NCBI GenBank assembly: GCA_030390025.1 | Contig: CM059432.1 | Coordinates: 92,568,001-92,632,000, forward strand | Reading direction: 5' to 3' | Length of the DNA: 64,000 nt | From: Squalus acanthias | Lineage: Eukaryota | Part shown: positions 1-12,091 of the stretch, piece after piece | Numbering within the stretch: position 1 is the first letter of the stretch | How the letters are laid out: each line of letters starts with the position of its first letter | Notes under the pieces: generated by a model | Database searches by the model: none | What the model was told of the DNA's origin: nothing | What the model saw: only the letters and a program-made list of their open reading frames with translations | Program-made: the position numbers and the translations under genes

Positions 1-839
1 GTGTTTCTGTCCCATGAACTTAAATCAGAGAGCCTCGTTTCCCTCAATAGTAGCAGTTTTAATATATATTGCACAAAGCACCGCCCCCCCCCCCCCCCCC
101 CCCCCCATGATGGCATAGTCAGAAATGATGAAATGTAACATGCTCATGTTCAAAATGCACAATGTGGTTGGAAACTTAACCAACTCTTGTTAGAAAAAAT
201 ATCCAGTCAAAGCCCAGGCTTTTTTTATTTTGTTTAAAACCTTTTTAGAAATTCCCTACTGAGGAAAAAGGTAGCTGACACTTTTTTTTCCCAAAAGAGC
301 ATTTTGAGTGATTCATGTTGTTCGTCAACCAAGTGCGACTTTTCCATTATAACATGCTGGCACATGGTTTTTTCATTATAAATGTTGGCATAAAAAGTGT
401 GACGAAGAAATAATGACACAGGAAGTAAGGTTAATGTGGACAGGAAGTGAGTGCCATACTAAAAGCCTTGCACTACAGGAACTGTGCACAGATGCAACAT
501 GTACTTCCTGTAACAGTTTACTGTTTTTTTTTCCTGTCAGTCACACTTGTTATATAACCTACTGCTCTTAATTCAAAGTTGCTCAATTTGAATTCTGTGG
601 TAGTTCAAATATTTTACTACTAAATTTCTACTTTTTGTGTTATCTACATTGCTTAATGCAAATTATTGGATAATTCAGATTTTTTTTACGCACAAATAAT
701 GACTTTGTATAATCCAAAATAGATGGTATTACTGAATAATGGATATTCAAGAACAAATTTATCTGAACTCATTATAGTGTACACACAAAGGTTAGATGCT
801 GCGCTTTATACATGAAGAGTAAAATAAACTAAGTGTCAA

Positions 840-1163
840 CCGTGGCTCAGTGTGTAGCACTCTCGCATCTGAGTCAGAAGGTTGTGGGTTCAAGTCTCAC
901 TCCAGAGACTTGAGCACAGAAACCTACACTGACACTCCAGTGCAGTGCTGAGGGAGTGCTGCACTGTCAGAGGTACCGTCTTTCAGATGAGACGTTAAAC
1001 CGAGGCCCCGTCTGCCCTCTCAGGTGGATGTAAAAGATCCCATGGCACTATTTCGAAGAGTAGGGGAGTTCTCCCTGGTGTCCTGGCCAATATTTATGTC
1101 CCAATCAACATCACCAGAACAGATTATCTGGTCATTATCACATTGCTGTTTGTGGGAGCTTGC
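840..1163 (+). mobile_element. tRNA-derived Deu-domain SINE (SacSINE1/AmnSINE-like), 3'-truncated
   Basis: A box TGGCTCAGTGTG and B box GGTTCAAGTCT, followed by GAGGGAGTGCTGCACTGTC...GATGAGACGTTAAACCGAGGCCCCGTCTG; near-identical to 5784-6217. Confidence 0.85.
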
Positions 1164-4100
1164 TTCCAACTATCAGTTCATACTAAGTTGCTCACAGAAC
1201 AATCTCCCTGCAGCAGCATTTATTTATGATATGCAGCGCACTGAAACAACCCGACTAGCTGGGATAAAGCAGTTTCACTGGCGTTACAGATCAATGATAG
1301 GCTCTTCCAACACAGGGGAAGCATTCCAGGAATAACTAAATGGCAATTACTCCTGGAAGCATCTCTTATGGAAGAAGCATGCTGCTAATCCTCACTATGT
1401 AGCACCTCTAAAATGTACAAATAGCAACTGCCATTGGAAAAATCCTCCTTAATTAACTAGGTGTTTTTCAAATTTTTGAATAGCTGTGCTAAATTCTGCA
1501 ATTCAAGCCAGATAAAACCCAAGGCTGGCAGCAAGTTTTGTACGTGTTCTTTAGACACTGAGTGGCAAAAATCATTACCAGACTATGTGGGTAAACCCAT
1601 TTTATGTTGGCCCATTAGAGTTATATTTCTTGCATGTCCAGCACTCATCAAAACAAAAGTCTCTCCTGCAACTCAGCCCTTTTTGTTTTTATTTTATCTT
1701 CTACACTGTCTTCACCTCTATTAACTTCTAGTCATTCTTCAGTTGCAGGATTGTATCTCATTACCAATGCTATTCTGTGATTTAGTGGACAAGAGGCACA
1801 CATGCTGAAGACGTTGATCAAATGTCAGTCCTATCCCTGGGATGGGTGTGCCCAAGACATTCCCATCAAATAGCCCTGCTGAGAACTGACAAAACCCCTC
1901 AGACATCAGACACATCAACTCAAGTGTCTGCCACCACCCACTCAGGACAGTGCTGTGAAGCTTGCACCTTAACCTTTACACCACAGGGTCTTTTCAACCA
2001 TAATACTTTTTTTACTGCTTTTAGTTGACAAGTTCATCAACATTTATCGTGACAAACAGCAGCCAGAGACTGCCTGAAATCATTCAGAATCTGACCTATT
2101 TCCTGTCATAAATTCTCTCCAATTATTAACTCTGAATCAATCCCAGTGGGGACACACATGCAATGTGAACAAATGCAACTTACATTTTTTTTTTTAAAAG
2201 GGGTACGAGGGGGAAACTGGGTGATATGGTTCTTTAACCTCTGGACCCAGAGCACAAACCAAACCCAGGGTGACAGGGCAGGGATATTCACTTTTTACCA
2301 GCTGTACCTGCCCTATATGGAATGTGACTGGATGATTTCAACCCAGTTTCTAGTCAGCCAAAACCCTGGGCAAAAAACTGCCAGAAATATGGTGCAAATG
2401 AACAATAAATCTGGAATCTCACCCAGGATGGTTGGTGTGGGAAATTAACTTTCACAGTTGTTGTGGAAGCTCTTAAACCACATTGTTGGGAGCAGATCAC
2501 AGGGTACTTGAGTCTGTATCATTCCATTCTATAAGGTCCCTGACCTGGACCTGCTTCATGCTGACACCAGTTGCCAAAAGTGGCAAATTATACTATTCTC
2601 TCTCCTGGCTTTGATGAATACAAAAATTTACCAAGATCAATAAATATAAGCATTTTGTGGAGTTTCTCACTAGTTTAAACAGAGGAGCTCCATTAAATAT
2701 GCTTGCACAAAATTGACTGCTGTGTCCAGATGACTGCAGAGGTTTTAGTATAAACAAATAAAAAATATAAATGACTCAAATTTAAAAACAGCAAAAGGTA
2801 CAGCACATACTTTTCCATAAGGAGGGATTGTAGGTTAAATCACTGCTGCCAGACTGATTACTTCTAAAATTCAAGTCTTGGCCAAATTATTAGATCTGCA
2901 GACTCAGTTAAAATAAGAATTTTTGGAGCGTGGAATGATTTGTCACAGGGAGGGGTTGAGGCAGAGACAGTTATGCCTTAAGGGAAAAGTGGACACATAT
3001 TTGAAGCAGAGGAAGATTCAGAGCTATGGAGAGAGAGCAGGGCAGTGGGATTAGTTTTAGATTGCTCTAGCAAAGATCCAGCATAGACACAATGGCCTCT
3101 TTCTGTGCTGTAAACTTCTGTGGTTCAATGGAAGAAGGTGGGAGATGGGAAGAAAACGAACACCAACCAACTCACTGTGCTTAAATGCAGTGCTTGAAGA
3201 TAAACAGTGATGAAAAAAATGGGAAGCTGAGAATGAGCAAGGAAATCATCCCTTTGAAGAATGAAGACCAGTAAATTGTTTACTGTACGAATTGCCAGGG
3301 AACAATACATGCCAGTTTTTAAACAAAGTCGATTTAAAACTCTACAAAGGTTAAAAGGTAGTTAGGTAGGTGCCTTTTTTCCTTGGAAAATAATACAATG
3401 TCTAACTCTTTTCTCATCAGGAGATTTTTTCATCAAAAAGTCATTCACTTCAATGTGTTTGTTTTTCTGATGGGACCAATGTGTTAATTGCTGACAGTAG
3501 GTGGAATTACAAGTTAATTGTACTAACATCAACCCTGCATCATTTCATGGAAAAATAAGGCTGAATGATTAGGCTTAAATTTGGTTACTTTGTAATGTAT
3601 TTCTCGTTTTACTCCATCTCTTTACATGACGTGACCCACATTACAATCACAAATACAACCGAAATTTTAGGCAGATCGGCTCTTTTTAGTCTCTTCTCTA
3701 ATCTCCTGGTGGGAAAGTGCCTTTGGCAATGAACCGTAGTCTCAGGGGGCTTCGGGCAGAGTGGAACCACTGGCTGCAGATAACATCTTGTGCATGACCG
3801 TGAAATCTGACGAGTGTTACCACATTTCACTCAAACAGCATCCCCGTCTCTCCTACTGAGTGAAGTGCGTCTGAATAGTGAGAGCGGCTATAAACTTTAA
3901 TGTTTCAAAGTGCAGTACATTTGGAAGGCATTGTAGCCAGAGTGTAGTCTTTTAAAAGTTAGTATGCTCATTATGACAGAACTAATTTCACTAGTTATAA
4001 TCCTTTCCAACTGTTTAAACCACCTACAAAATTTGGAGAAGGCCAGCAAAAAAACACAGGAATAAGTTTTTTTTTAACCCTCTGAACACCTTGGATGAAT

Positions 4101-4999
4101 TTACCATTTACATGTGATTATGCCAATACAGGGTTTTCGTTGATTGGAAAAATCTGCCTTTCAACTCGTCAAAATCTTTTTTTGGAAGGGGAGGGGGAAG
4201 CAAGGAGGTAGAAGGAAAGGAAATATTTTCAAGTTAAGATACATTGCAAATACAGATAGAATAAGTAGAATAAACAGAACGAACAAAGGAGTAAAGGTGA
4301 AGTTAATTTTATTTTCAAAAGAGGAAAATGGATGGCAGGATCAGTACAGGCAAAGTGCTTATTTTATGTATTATTGTATTTTCACTGCTTAATTTTATAT
4401 TTTAGGTTTATTACAGAAATAAGGTTATCTTTGAGATTTGAGAAGCTCTTAATTGTAATATTAATATTTTCAGCATCATAGTAAATAAGCTGGAAACAAA
4501 CCAAGCTGGATAGCCACGGGGCACAGGAGGTTCAGAGATCTTCCTGGCATCCTAATTGTTAATTCACCCAAACTAGAGTATGTATTTATAACATTGGGGC
4601 TGAAGATACTAGGCTGAATTCTACAATGCCTATTAGGTTGATTTGATGCAATATTTCACTTTTCCATGAAGTTTGTGCACAGCATTGCTCACATCTACAG
4701 TGAGTATCGGATCTGGGGTCCAAGGTCTGAATGGAGTCGAGGCATTTCCTCACAATAAGGAAAAATTAACCAACAAATCCCTGTATATGACACATCCACC
4801 AATAATCTATTACAAAATGGTTTGAAGACACAGGCCATTAAATTCCTGATGACAAAATAATAGCTGGCTTTCCCATCAGTCGAGTAACTGTTATGTTGAG
4901 GCTTAACATCACTCAGGTCCTTTTAGAAACTGGCATTTTCATTGCCTCCAGGACTTTTACAAGATAGGTTCAGATGAAGGTAGCCCTTTAACCTATAGA

Positions 5000-5210
5000 G
5001 TCAGTTTAGCTCAGTTGTAGCACTCTCCCCTCTGAGTCAGAAAGTTGTGGGTTGAAGCCGCATTACAGAGACTTGACCACATAATCTAAGTTAACACTTC
5101 AGTCCAGCACCAAGGGAGTGCCTACATTACAACAGTAAATACATTTCAAAATTACTTTACTGGCTGTGAGGCACTTTGGGATGCCCTGAGGACATGAAAG
5201 GTGCTATATA
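5000..5210 (+). mobile_element. Internally deleted copy of the same SINE
   Basis: GCTCAGTTGTAGCACTCTC...TGAGTCAGAAAGTTGTGGGTTGAAG head fused to the ...TGAAAGGTGCTATATA tail. Confidence 0.75.
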
Positions 5211-6490
5211 TCACAGAATCATAGAAATTTATGGCACAGAAGGAGGCCATTTGGCCCATTGTGTCTGTGCCGGCCGAAAAAGAGCTATCCAGCCTAATCC
5301 CACTTCCCAGCTCTTGGTCCGTAGCCTTGTAGGTTACAGCACTTCAAGTGCATATCCAAGTACTTTTTAAATGGGGTTTCTGCCTCTGCCACCCTTTCAG
5401 GCAGTGAGTTCCAGACCCCCACCACCCTCTTCTACCAATTACTTTAAATCTATGCCCCCTAGTTATTGACCTCTCTGCTAAGGGAAATAGGTCCTTCCTA
5501 TCCACTCTATCTAGGTCCCTCATAGTTTTATACACCTCAATCAAGTCTCCCCTCAGCCTCCGCTGTTCCAAAGAAAACAACCCCAGCCTATCCAATCTTT
5601 CCTCATAGCTAAAATTCTCCAGCCCTGGCAACATCCTCGTAAATCTCCTCTGTACCCTCTCTAGTGCAATCACATCTTTCCTGTAATGTGGTGATCAGAA
5701 CTGTATGCAGTACTCTAGCTGTGGTCTAACTAGTGTTTTATACAGTTCAAGCATAACCTCCCTGCTCTTATTTTCTATGCCTTAGCTGTGGCTCAGTTGG
5801 TAGCACACTCGCCTGTGAGTCAGAAGGTTGTGGACCTGAGCACATAAAGCTAGGCTGACACTCCAGTGCAGTACTGAGGGAGTGCTGCACTGTTGGGAGT
5901 GTGCCATCTTTCGGATGAGACGTTAAACCGAGGCCCTGTCTGCTCTCTCAGGTGGACAGAAAAGATCGTAAATGCCACTATTTCGATAGAAGAGCAGGGG
6001 AGTTATCCCCGGTGTCCCTCAATCAACATAACAAAAACAGATTATCTGGTCAGTATCACATTGCTGTTTGTGGGAGCTTGCTGTGTGCAAATTGGCTGCC
6101 GTGTTTCCCACATTACAACAGTGACTCCACTTCAAAAATACTTCATTGGCTGTAAAGCGCTTTGAGATGTCCAGTGGTCGTGAAAGGCGCTATATAAATG
6201 CAAGTTTTTCTTTCTTTCGGTTAATAAAGGAAAGTATCCCGTATGCCTTCTTAATCACCTTATCTACCTGTCCTGTTACCTTCAGGGATCTGTGGCCATG
6301 CACGCCAAGGTCCCTCTGTTCCTCTACACTTCTCAGTATCCCTACCATTTATTGTGTATTCCCATGCCTTGTTATCCCTCCCCAAATGCATTACCTCACA
6401 CTCCTCTGGAATGAATTCCAGTTGCCACTTTTCTGCCCACCTAACCAGTCATTGATATCTGATTGCAGTCTACAGCTTTCTTCCTCACTA
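5211..6490 (-). mobile_element. CR1 LINE 3' fragment, interrupted by a SINE
   Basis: ORF 5344-5673 IALERVQRRFTRMLPGL...RLRGDLIEVYK; the CR1 sequence resumes at 6218 after the SINE. Confidence 0.9.
5784..6217 (+). mobile_element. Deu-domain SINE with L2-like tail, nested in CR1
   Basis: TGGCTCAGTTGGTAGCAC head; tail GGCGCTATATAAATGCAAGT plus (TTTC)n, the same tail as the L2 fragment ending at 27657. Confidence 0.88.
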
Positions 6491-6739
6491 TATGCACTTT
6501 TTTTTCCTTTCTTTGTCTTCACCCTTCTAGAATGCCAATTCTATTACCTTTTCATGACAGAACCTAGCTGTGTCTTAAATACATCCAGTATTGTGACCTC
6601 AATCACCCTTTTTGGCAACCCATTCCAGCTGTTGATCCCCAATACTTCACAATGCTTGCCCTAAATTCAGCATTCACAACCTGCTGCTCTGGCATATCTG
6701 AAAGTATTGCTTTGATTTTACTTCCTCTATTGTTAATGA

Positions 6740-7400
6740 CAACTTGAATTTATATAGCACTTTTTAAAATGAGAAAACAGAGGCATTAGGAAGAAAGAAA
6801 ATACAAATTAGGAGGGTGCCCAAAAGCTTGATCAAAAAGATGCAGTTTATTGAGGGTCTTAAAAGAGAGAGATGAAGAGATGGAGATGTTTAGGAAGGGA
6901 ATTCCATACAGTGGGATCTAGGCAGCTGAAAGCATAGTTTCCAATGGTGGGACAAGGGGGAATGCACAAGAGGTCAGGGTCAGAGGAAAGGGGAGCACAG
7001 GAGGAGGGATGGTTGTTAGGCAGAAGGAGATTATGGAGATGGAGGGGTCTGAGGCTCAGGAAGGATTTAAAGACATGAGGCACTGGGGGACAGAGAATCA
7101 ATGCAAGGGTGATGGACGAATAGGACCTGCTGACGAATAGGATATGCGCAGCCAGTTTTTGGACGTTCTGGAGTTTATGGAGGGTGGAGATGGGAAGCTA
7201 CCAAAGGGAATTCTGGAATAAGATATTGGAGTTGGTAGACGAAGATGATGGCTTCAGTCTTCCCAGTGTTTAGCTGGGGAAAGTTAAGCTTCATACAACA
7301 GTGGATGTTGGACAAGCAGTCTGACAGCACAGAGAGTGAGGTGGTTGAGAGGTGTGTCGAGAGGTAGTGCTGGATGTCATTGGTGTACCCTTAGAAGCTG
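6740..7400 (-). mobile_element. Degraded L2 LINE 3' fragment
   Basis: AFSCLDPTVWNSLP in ORF 6859-7101; ACTTGAATTTATATAGCAC tail at ~6742-6760. Confidence 0.7.
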
Positions 7401-7865
7401 AGGTGACAGTGCATGGGTAGGAAAAGGCGCCAATCCTAGAGATTCTCTGGCTACCATCAGATAGGTAAAAGTGGAAGCAAAGAGGGTCCCTTCTTATAGG
7501 TCTCTTTCAGAGGCTGAAGAGCCCCATTTTATCAGGTCACACCACCTAACCCATGCCACTGATACCAGGGATCAGATTCACTGCTCTACTCTGTACCTTC
7601 TCTAAGGTCTGGGTGACTCACTTATGTTGTAACTAGAACTGTATATAGTACTGCAGGCACAGCCTGACGAGGGCTCTGTACAACTTCAGCATGTCTGTTG
7701 GGAATTTGAATGCAACTGATTTGGTAATATAACCCAACATCCTGTTCACTCTGCTACTGCCACCTTACACTGTTTAGGCATGGTGACTATCGAGTCAAAT
7801 AACATCCATAGGCTTTTTTCAACTTACCCTTTGGCAAGTTCTATAAACATGCCTCCTATTTTTAC

Positions 7866-8238
7866 AAGAAAAAGAGGAAATGAGAGAGAGGGAGGCCGGG
7901 GGGAGGGAGGGCGAGGGAAAGCAAAAGAGAGAGAGAGGGAAGAGAAAGGGAAAGAGAGAGGAAGGGAAAGAGAGAGAAAGAGTGAGAAAAGGAAAGAGAG
8001 AGAAAGGGAAAGAGAGAGAAAGGGAGAGAGGGAAGAGAAAGAAAGTGAAAGAGAGCGGGAAAGAGAGCGAGCAAGAGAGGGAAAGAGAGGGAGAAAGAAA
8101 GAAAAAGGGAAAGGGAGAGAGAAAGGAAGAGAAATAAAGGGAAAGAGAGAGAGAGAGAGAGAGAAGTAAAAAAGGGAAGGAAAGAAAGAAGGGGAAAGAA
8201 AAAGAAAAGGAGGGCGAGAGAGAAAGAAAGAAAAGAAT
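7866..8238 (+). repeat. Polypurine (GA-rich) low-complexity tract, ~370 bp
   Basis: Almost exclusively A/G on the plus strand; accounts for the spurious R/E/K-rich and S/L/F-rich ORFs. Confidence 0.95.
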
Positions 8239-9542
8239 TAACTTGTATTTATATACGAGTGATGGTGTTGGGTAGAACCAGGGGTCACCCATACACACTG
8301 AGAAAGCAAGGAGTGAGGATAACGCCAAGATATTTTACTTTTCCCAAAGAGTGACTGACCTGTAGAAAAGGATTCCATTGGTGTAGTGAAGACTGGCTCT
8401 TTACATAATTCAAGGTGTTAAGTCAGATTTATGGAAAATTAGGTGATTGTGACATATGGAAGGCAGTCTAATTATTCAAATAATAACTAATGATGTGGGG
8501 CTTCCTCGAGCTTGCCTGGTTGACTATGAGCAGTCTAAGCGGAATTTTTTCGACAGGTCTGTTTTTTTTGCCTCTCCCAGGAGTTGAAGAGATGGTTTCA
8601 GTACATGGGGATGTGATGAGACACAACATAAGAAAGAAAGACTTGCATTTATATGGAGCAAATGTGTATGACCCTGATGGCCTTTTACCATTCTTAGTAC
8701 ATAGTATAACACAATATAACATAACATTGAAACCCTTTTATTTTTTAAAGAGTAAATTAAGCATTATTGTGTACTACTGTTCAGCAATAAAAGTGCACTG
8801 CCTAAAATACTGCCTTCAAAAGAAACACAAGTCCATTATTTTAAGACAAAATAAATTATACAAGAATTTTCTGTACTTACCAGGACTTCCAACCATTGCT
8901 GAAATGGAAGTGATGGAGGCAACTGAACAGATCTTTAGTACTTCTAGTACCTCCCTTGTCGGTCAACAATGCACTCTAGCTAATACAAGGTTCAGATAAT
9001 TGCATACTTAAAGTTGCTTGTTCTGGAATTTATGCTAGTGTTCTCATGCTTACCTGGTCCTGCATTTTCTTGCTTACACAGGAACAGTAACTCAACCACA
9101 CACTGACACAGCCCATGGTTTCTTACTATCCATAATACACCAATCATAGTTTCCCATTAACAGGGATTCACTCATTGTTCCTTATTGCTCTGTGCTGCTT
9201 GCTCTCATATGTTTTTTTCTTTCTACTATCGTAAGGCATCAATATATTATGGGTACCAGTTTGAGATCAGTGCATGTTTAAGGTGATGCAGAGCCAGCAG
9301 ATCCATATTATACTGCACACTCCACATCACTTTCTGATCAAAGTTTTTGTGAAATTTTAATGTTGACAAGGAACCAATAAGTGTCAGTTCTCTGCTAATA
9401 TTAAAATGTTCTTAGTCTAATAAGCCTCCTGGGAACTTGCAAAAGTGAAGTTTAAAATACCTTTAACACCATTGTGCAAAGTTATATTGGATCCAGTGTG
9501 ATGCTGAAGCAGTGCAAGGCCATATCCTCAATCTGGTTTCAT

Positions 9543-10285
9543 GGGGGCAGAGTTCCCGCTCGGTTGCGCTAGTTTTTCCAGTGCAATTCGCCCAAAATCA
9601 GCCAAACCAGTGCAAAAGATCGACGAATTTCAAGCGCAAATTACATCCAACGCAAATTGAATTACCGCAATCTTTTGTGTTGGTTTAAAAACCATCTCGT
9701 TAGAAGCAGGCCCCATCCACAAAACTGGCAACGACCCCCATGACGAGTTTCCACTAATTGCGGCCGTTTGCGGGCCTTCGAGGAGCGTCTTAAAATTAAA
9801 GGGTGTAGGTTTTTTTTTTTAGGCACAAGGGCACTAATAGGCACCTTTTAAAAGCTTTTCAATATTAAAAATTATTTACTTTACTAAGAAACTGACTGCT
9901 GTACACTAATGAAACTAATAATGGTTCTGTATAGTTTTTTAAAGTCATTTTCATTTATTTAAAATCCGGTTACTCACAGGTGGTGGACTAGACACTGATT
10001 AAAAATGCTTATTTTTTGTGATAAAACCACTTTCAGCTGTATTAAAACTGCACCAGGTTACCACTTTTAAATATATCAAGGAATAGTTTTTAATGCGAGA
10101 AAAAAAACCAATTACGTTCTAAAACGCTGCCTGATTGCGCTGGTTCATGGAAGATTTTGCGTTCAGTGATATGCAAATGAGTTTGAGCAGAAACTTGAGC
10201 AAAAAATTCAATTCCGAAAACTAGCGCAATTTTAAGTGCAATTTGTGCCCGAATTGCTGATTGCACCCAAAGTGGAAACTCTACC
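9543..10285 (+). mobile_element. Non-autonomous TIR element (MITE, G-rich Harbinger-like ends)
   Basis: Ends GGGGGCAGAGTTCCCGCT ... AGTGGAAACTCTACC; repeated TTGCGC/GCGCAA motifs; related copy in opposite orientation at ~20829-21490. Confidence 0.65.
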
Positions 10286-10976
10286 ATTGACGTCTTTCCA
10301 CCCACATCGGGCTCTAAAAATTACACAAGAAAATTCAGCAAGGTGCATTTCTGTAGAATTTAGAAATAATTAAAATACATCTATGTATTATGAAATCAAC
10401 AAAATGGAATGAAAATATTTCTCTGCATTTAGTACAAAGTGACCTTTAATGAATGCAAAGTAATTAAAAAAAAACTTACAATACATTAAGAGGAAGAAAA
10501 AGCAAGTAATACAAAAAAAATAAACAAAATGAATATAATGTTAATGAAAGAGGAGAGAAAAGACCCAGTTGGTTGAGTACAAAAACTCTGAACTAGTCAC
10601 ACAGTCAACTCCCAGGACTCCCTGTCACCACTACATGGGGGGCAGAGGAGCCTCTCACCCTGGCCACATTATGGGATTCTCCATCTCAGGGCGAGGTATT
10701 CCCTATTCTGTTTAGTCACAAAAAAAGAGATTGGTCCTCAAATTGGCAAAATACAATTTCCATTCCGCACTACAAAATCATCCAAATGATTTATTTTGAT
10801 AACATATACAAAATGTAAGTGAAAGAATCCCTCTGTACTGGTTGATGCACTTCTCCCTCCTCCATGTGACCTGTTGCTGCTTCATCACCATTACTACAAA
10901 AAAGTTACAAATATGTTGTGTGTGTGTAGATGTGTTTACAATGTATATACGTAACAAACCCTCATTAAATAAAATA

Positions 10977-12091
10977 AGACAGTTCCGACGGGCCACAGCG
11001 AAAAATCGCATAGACCTCCTCAGAAGGCGAACACGGGACACAACCATAAGGTACCCTACGTCGTCCAGTACTTCCCCGGAGCGGAGAAACTACGCCATGT
11101 TCTTCGCAGCCTTCAACATGTCATCGATGACGACGAACACCTCGCTAAGGCCATCCCCACGCCTCCACTACTCGCCTTCAAACAGCCGCCTAACCTCAGA
11201 AGTACCATCGTTCGCAGCAAATTACCCAGCTTTCAGGATAACAGCGACCACGACACCACACAACCCTGCCACGGCAACCTCTGCAAGACATGCCAGATCA
11301 TCAACACAGATACCATCATCACACGTGAGGACACTACCCACCAGGTACATGGTACATACTCATGTGACTCGGCCAACGTTGTCTACCTGATACGTTGCAG
11401 GAAAGGATGCCCCAGAGCATGGTACATCAGCGAGACCATGCAGACACTGAGACAACGTATGAACGGACACCGTGCAACAATCGCCAGGCAGGAATGTTCC
11501 CTCCCAGTCGGGGAACACTTCAGCAGTTAAGGACATTCAGCCTCGGATCTGCGGGTAAGCGTTCTCCAAGGCGGCCTTCGAGACACACGACAACGCAAAA
11601 TCATCGAGCAGAAACTGATAGCCAAGTTCCGCACTCATGAGGACGGCCTCAACCGGGATCTAGGGTTCAAGTCACGCTACATGATGTAGAGTCATCCAGA
11701 CTCGAGTCGTCGTTGGCTTGTTCACAGATGTGATGTCCAGTAAAAAAAAAAGTAAAAATTTTTAAAGTTTATGGTTTTCCATACAGACTGCAGCATTTGA
11801 CACATTAGACCCCCTGTGACCTCATTGTCTCAATTGTATCTTGCTATGTCTTTGATGTGGTGCCTTCCTGGCTGACCTGATTGTTTCTCTGCTGAGGTGT
11901 GACGAAAGGCAGTCAGGAGGATTAAATGTAGTCGTCTGACATTGTACGCTACACATGCATTGTTCTCTGTCTATATATGCTTTGTCGATTCGTATTCCTT
12001 TAATTCACCTGACGAGGGGGCAGCAGCTCCGAAAGCTTGTGATTTCAAATAAAACTGTTGGACTATAACCTGGTGTTGTGCGACTTCTCAC
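10977..12091 (+). mobile_element. 5'-truncated Penelope-like retroelement (linker + GIY-YIG endonuclease + 3' terminal region)
   Basis: A frame absent from the ORF track, starting ~11051, reads VPYVVQYFPG...LAFKQPPNLR...PCHGNLCKTC...YSCDSANVVYLIRCRKGCPRAWYISETMQTLRQRMNGH...VGEHFSS*GHS...RKIIEQKLIAKFRTHEDGLNRD, with one stop at 11528-11530. Flanked by the 12-bp direct repeat TTAAATAAAATA (10965-10976 and 12092-12103). Confidence 0.92.
12005..12042 (+). ncRNA. Minimal type I hammerhead ribozyme of the Penelope element
   Basis: TCAC-CTGACGA-G-GGGGC(AGCA)GCTCC-GAAA-GC-TT-GTGA: CUGANGA and GAAA cores, stem II hairpin, stem I TCAC/GTGA, and a palindromic AGCT in place of stem III. Confidence 0.8.

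Noticed and set aside
85..106. Poly-C run (also poly-G at ~33293 and ~37930) as functional G-quadruplexes
   Set aside because: Simple homopolymers of uncertain assembled length, with no supporting context.
840..910. tRNA gene
   Set aside because: A/B boxes are followed by a SINE body repeated elsewhere in the window; no convincing cloverleaf or terminator.
2436..2460. Paired RBPJ site (SPS)
   Set aside because: Spacing between GTGGGAA and TTCACA is about 7 bp, not the ~15-17 bp required.
7780..8328. R/E/K-rich and S/L/F-rich ORFs
   Set aside because: Translations of a GA-rich low-complexity tract.
10842..11640. 182-aa and 81-aa ORFs as novel proteins
   Set aside because: Mostly off-frame readings of the Penelope GIY-YIG region.
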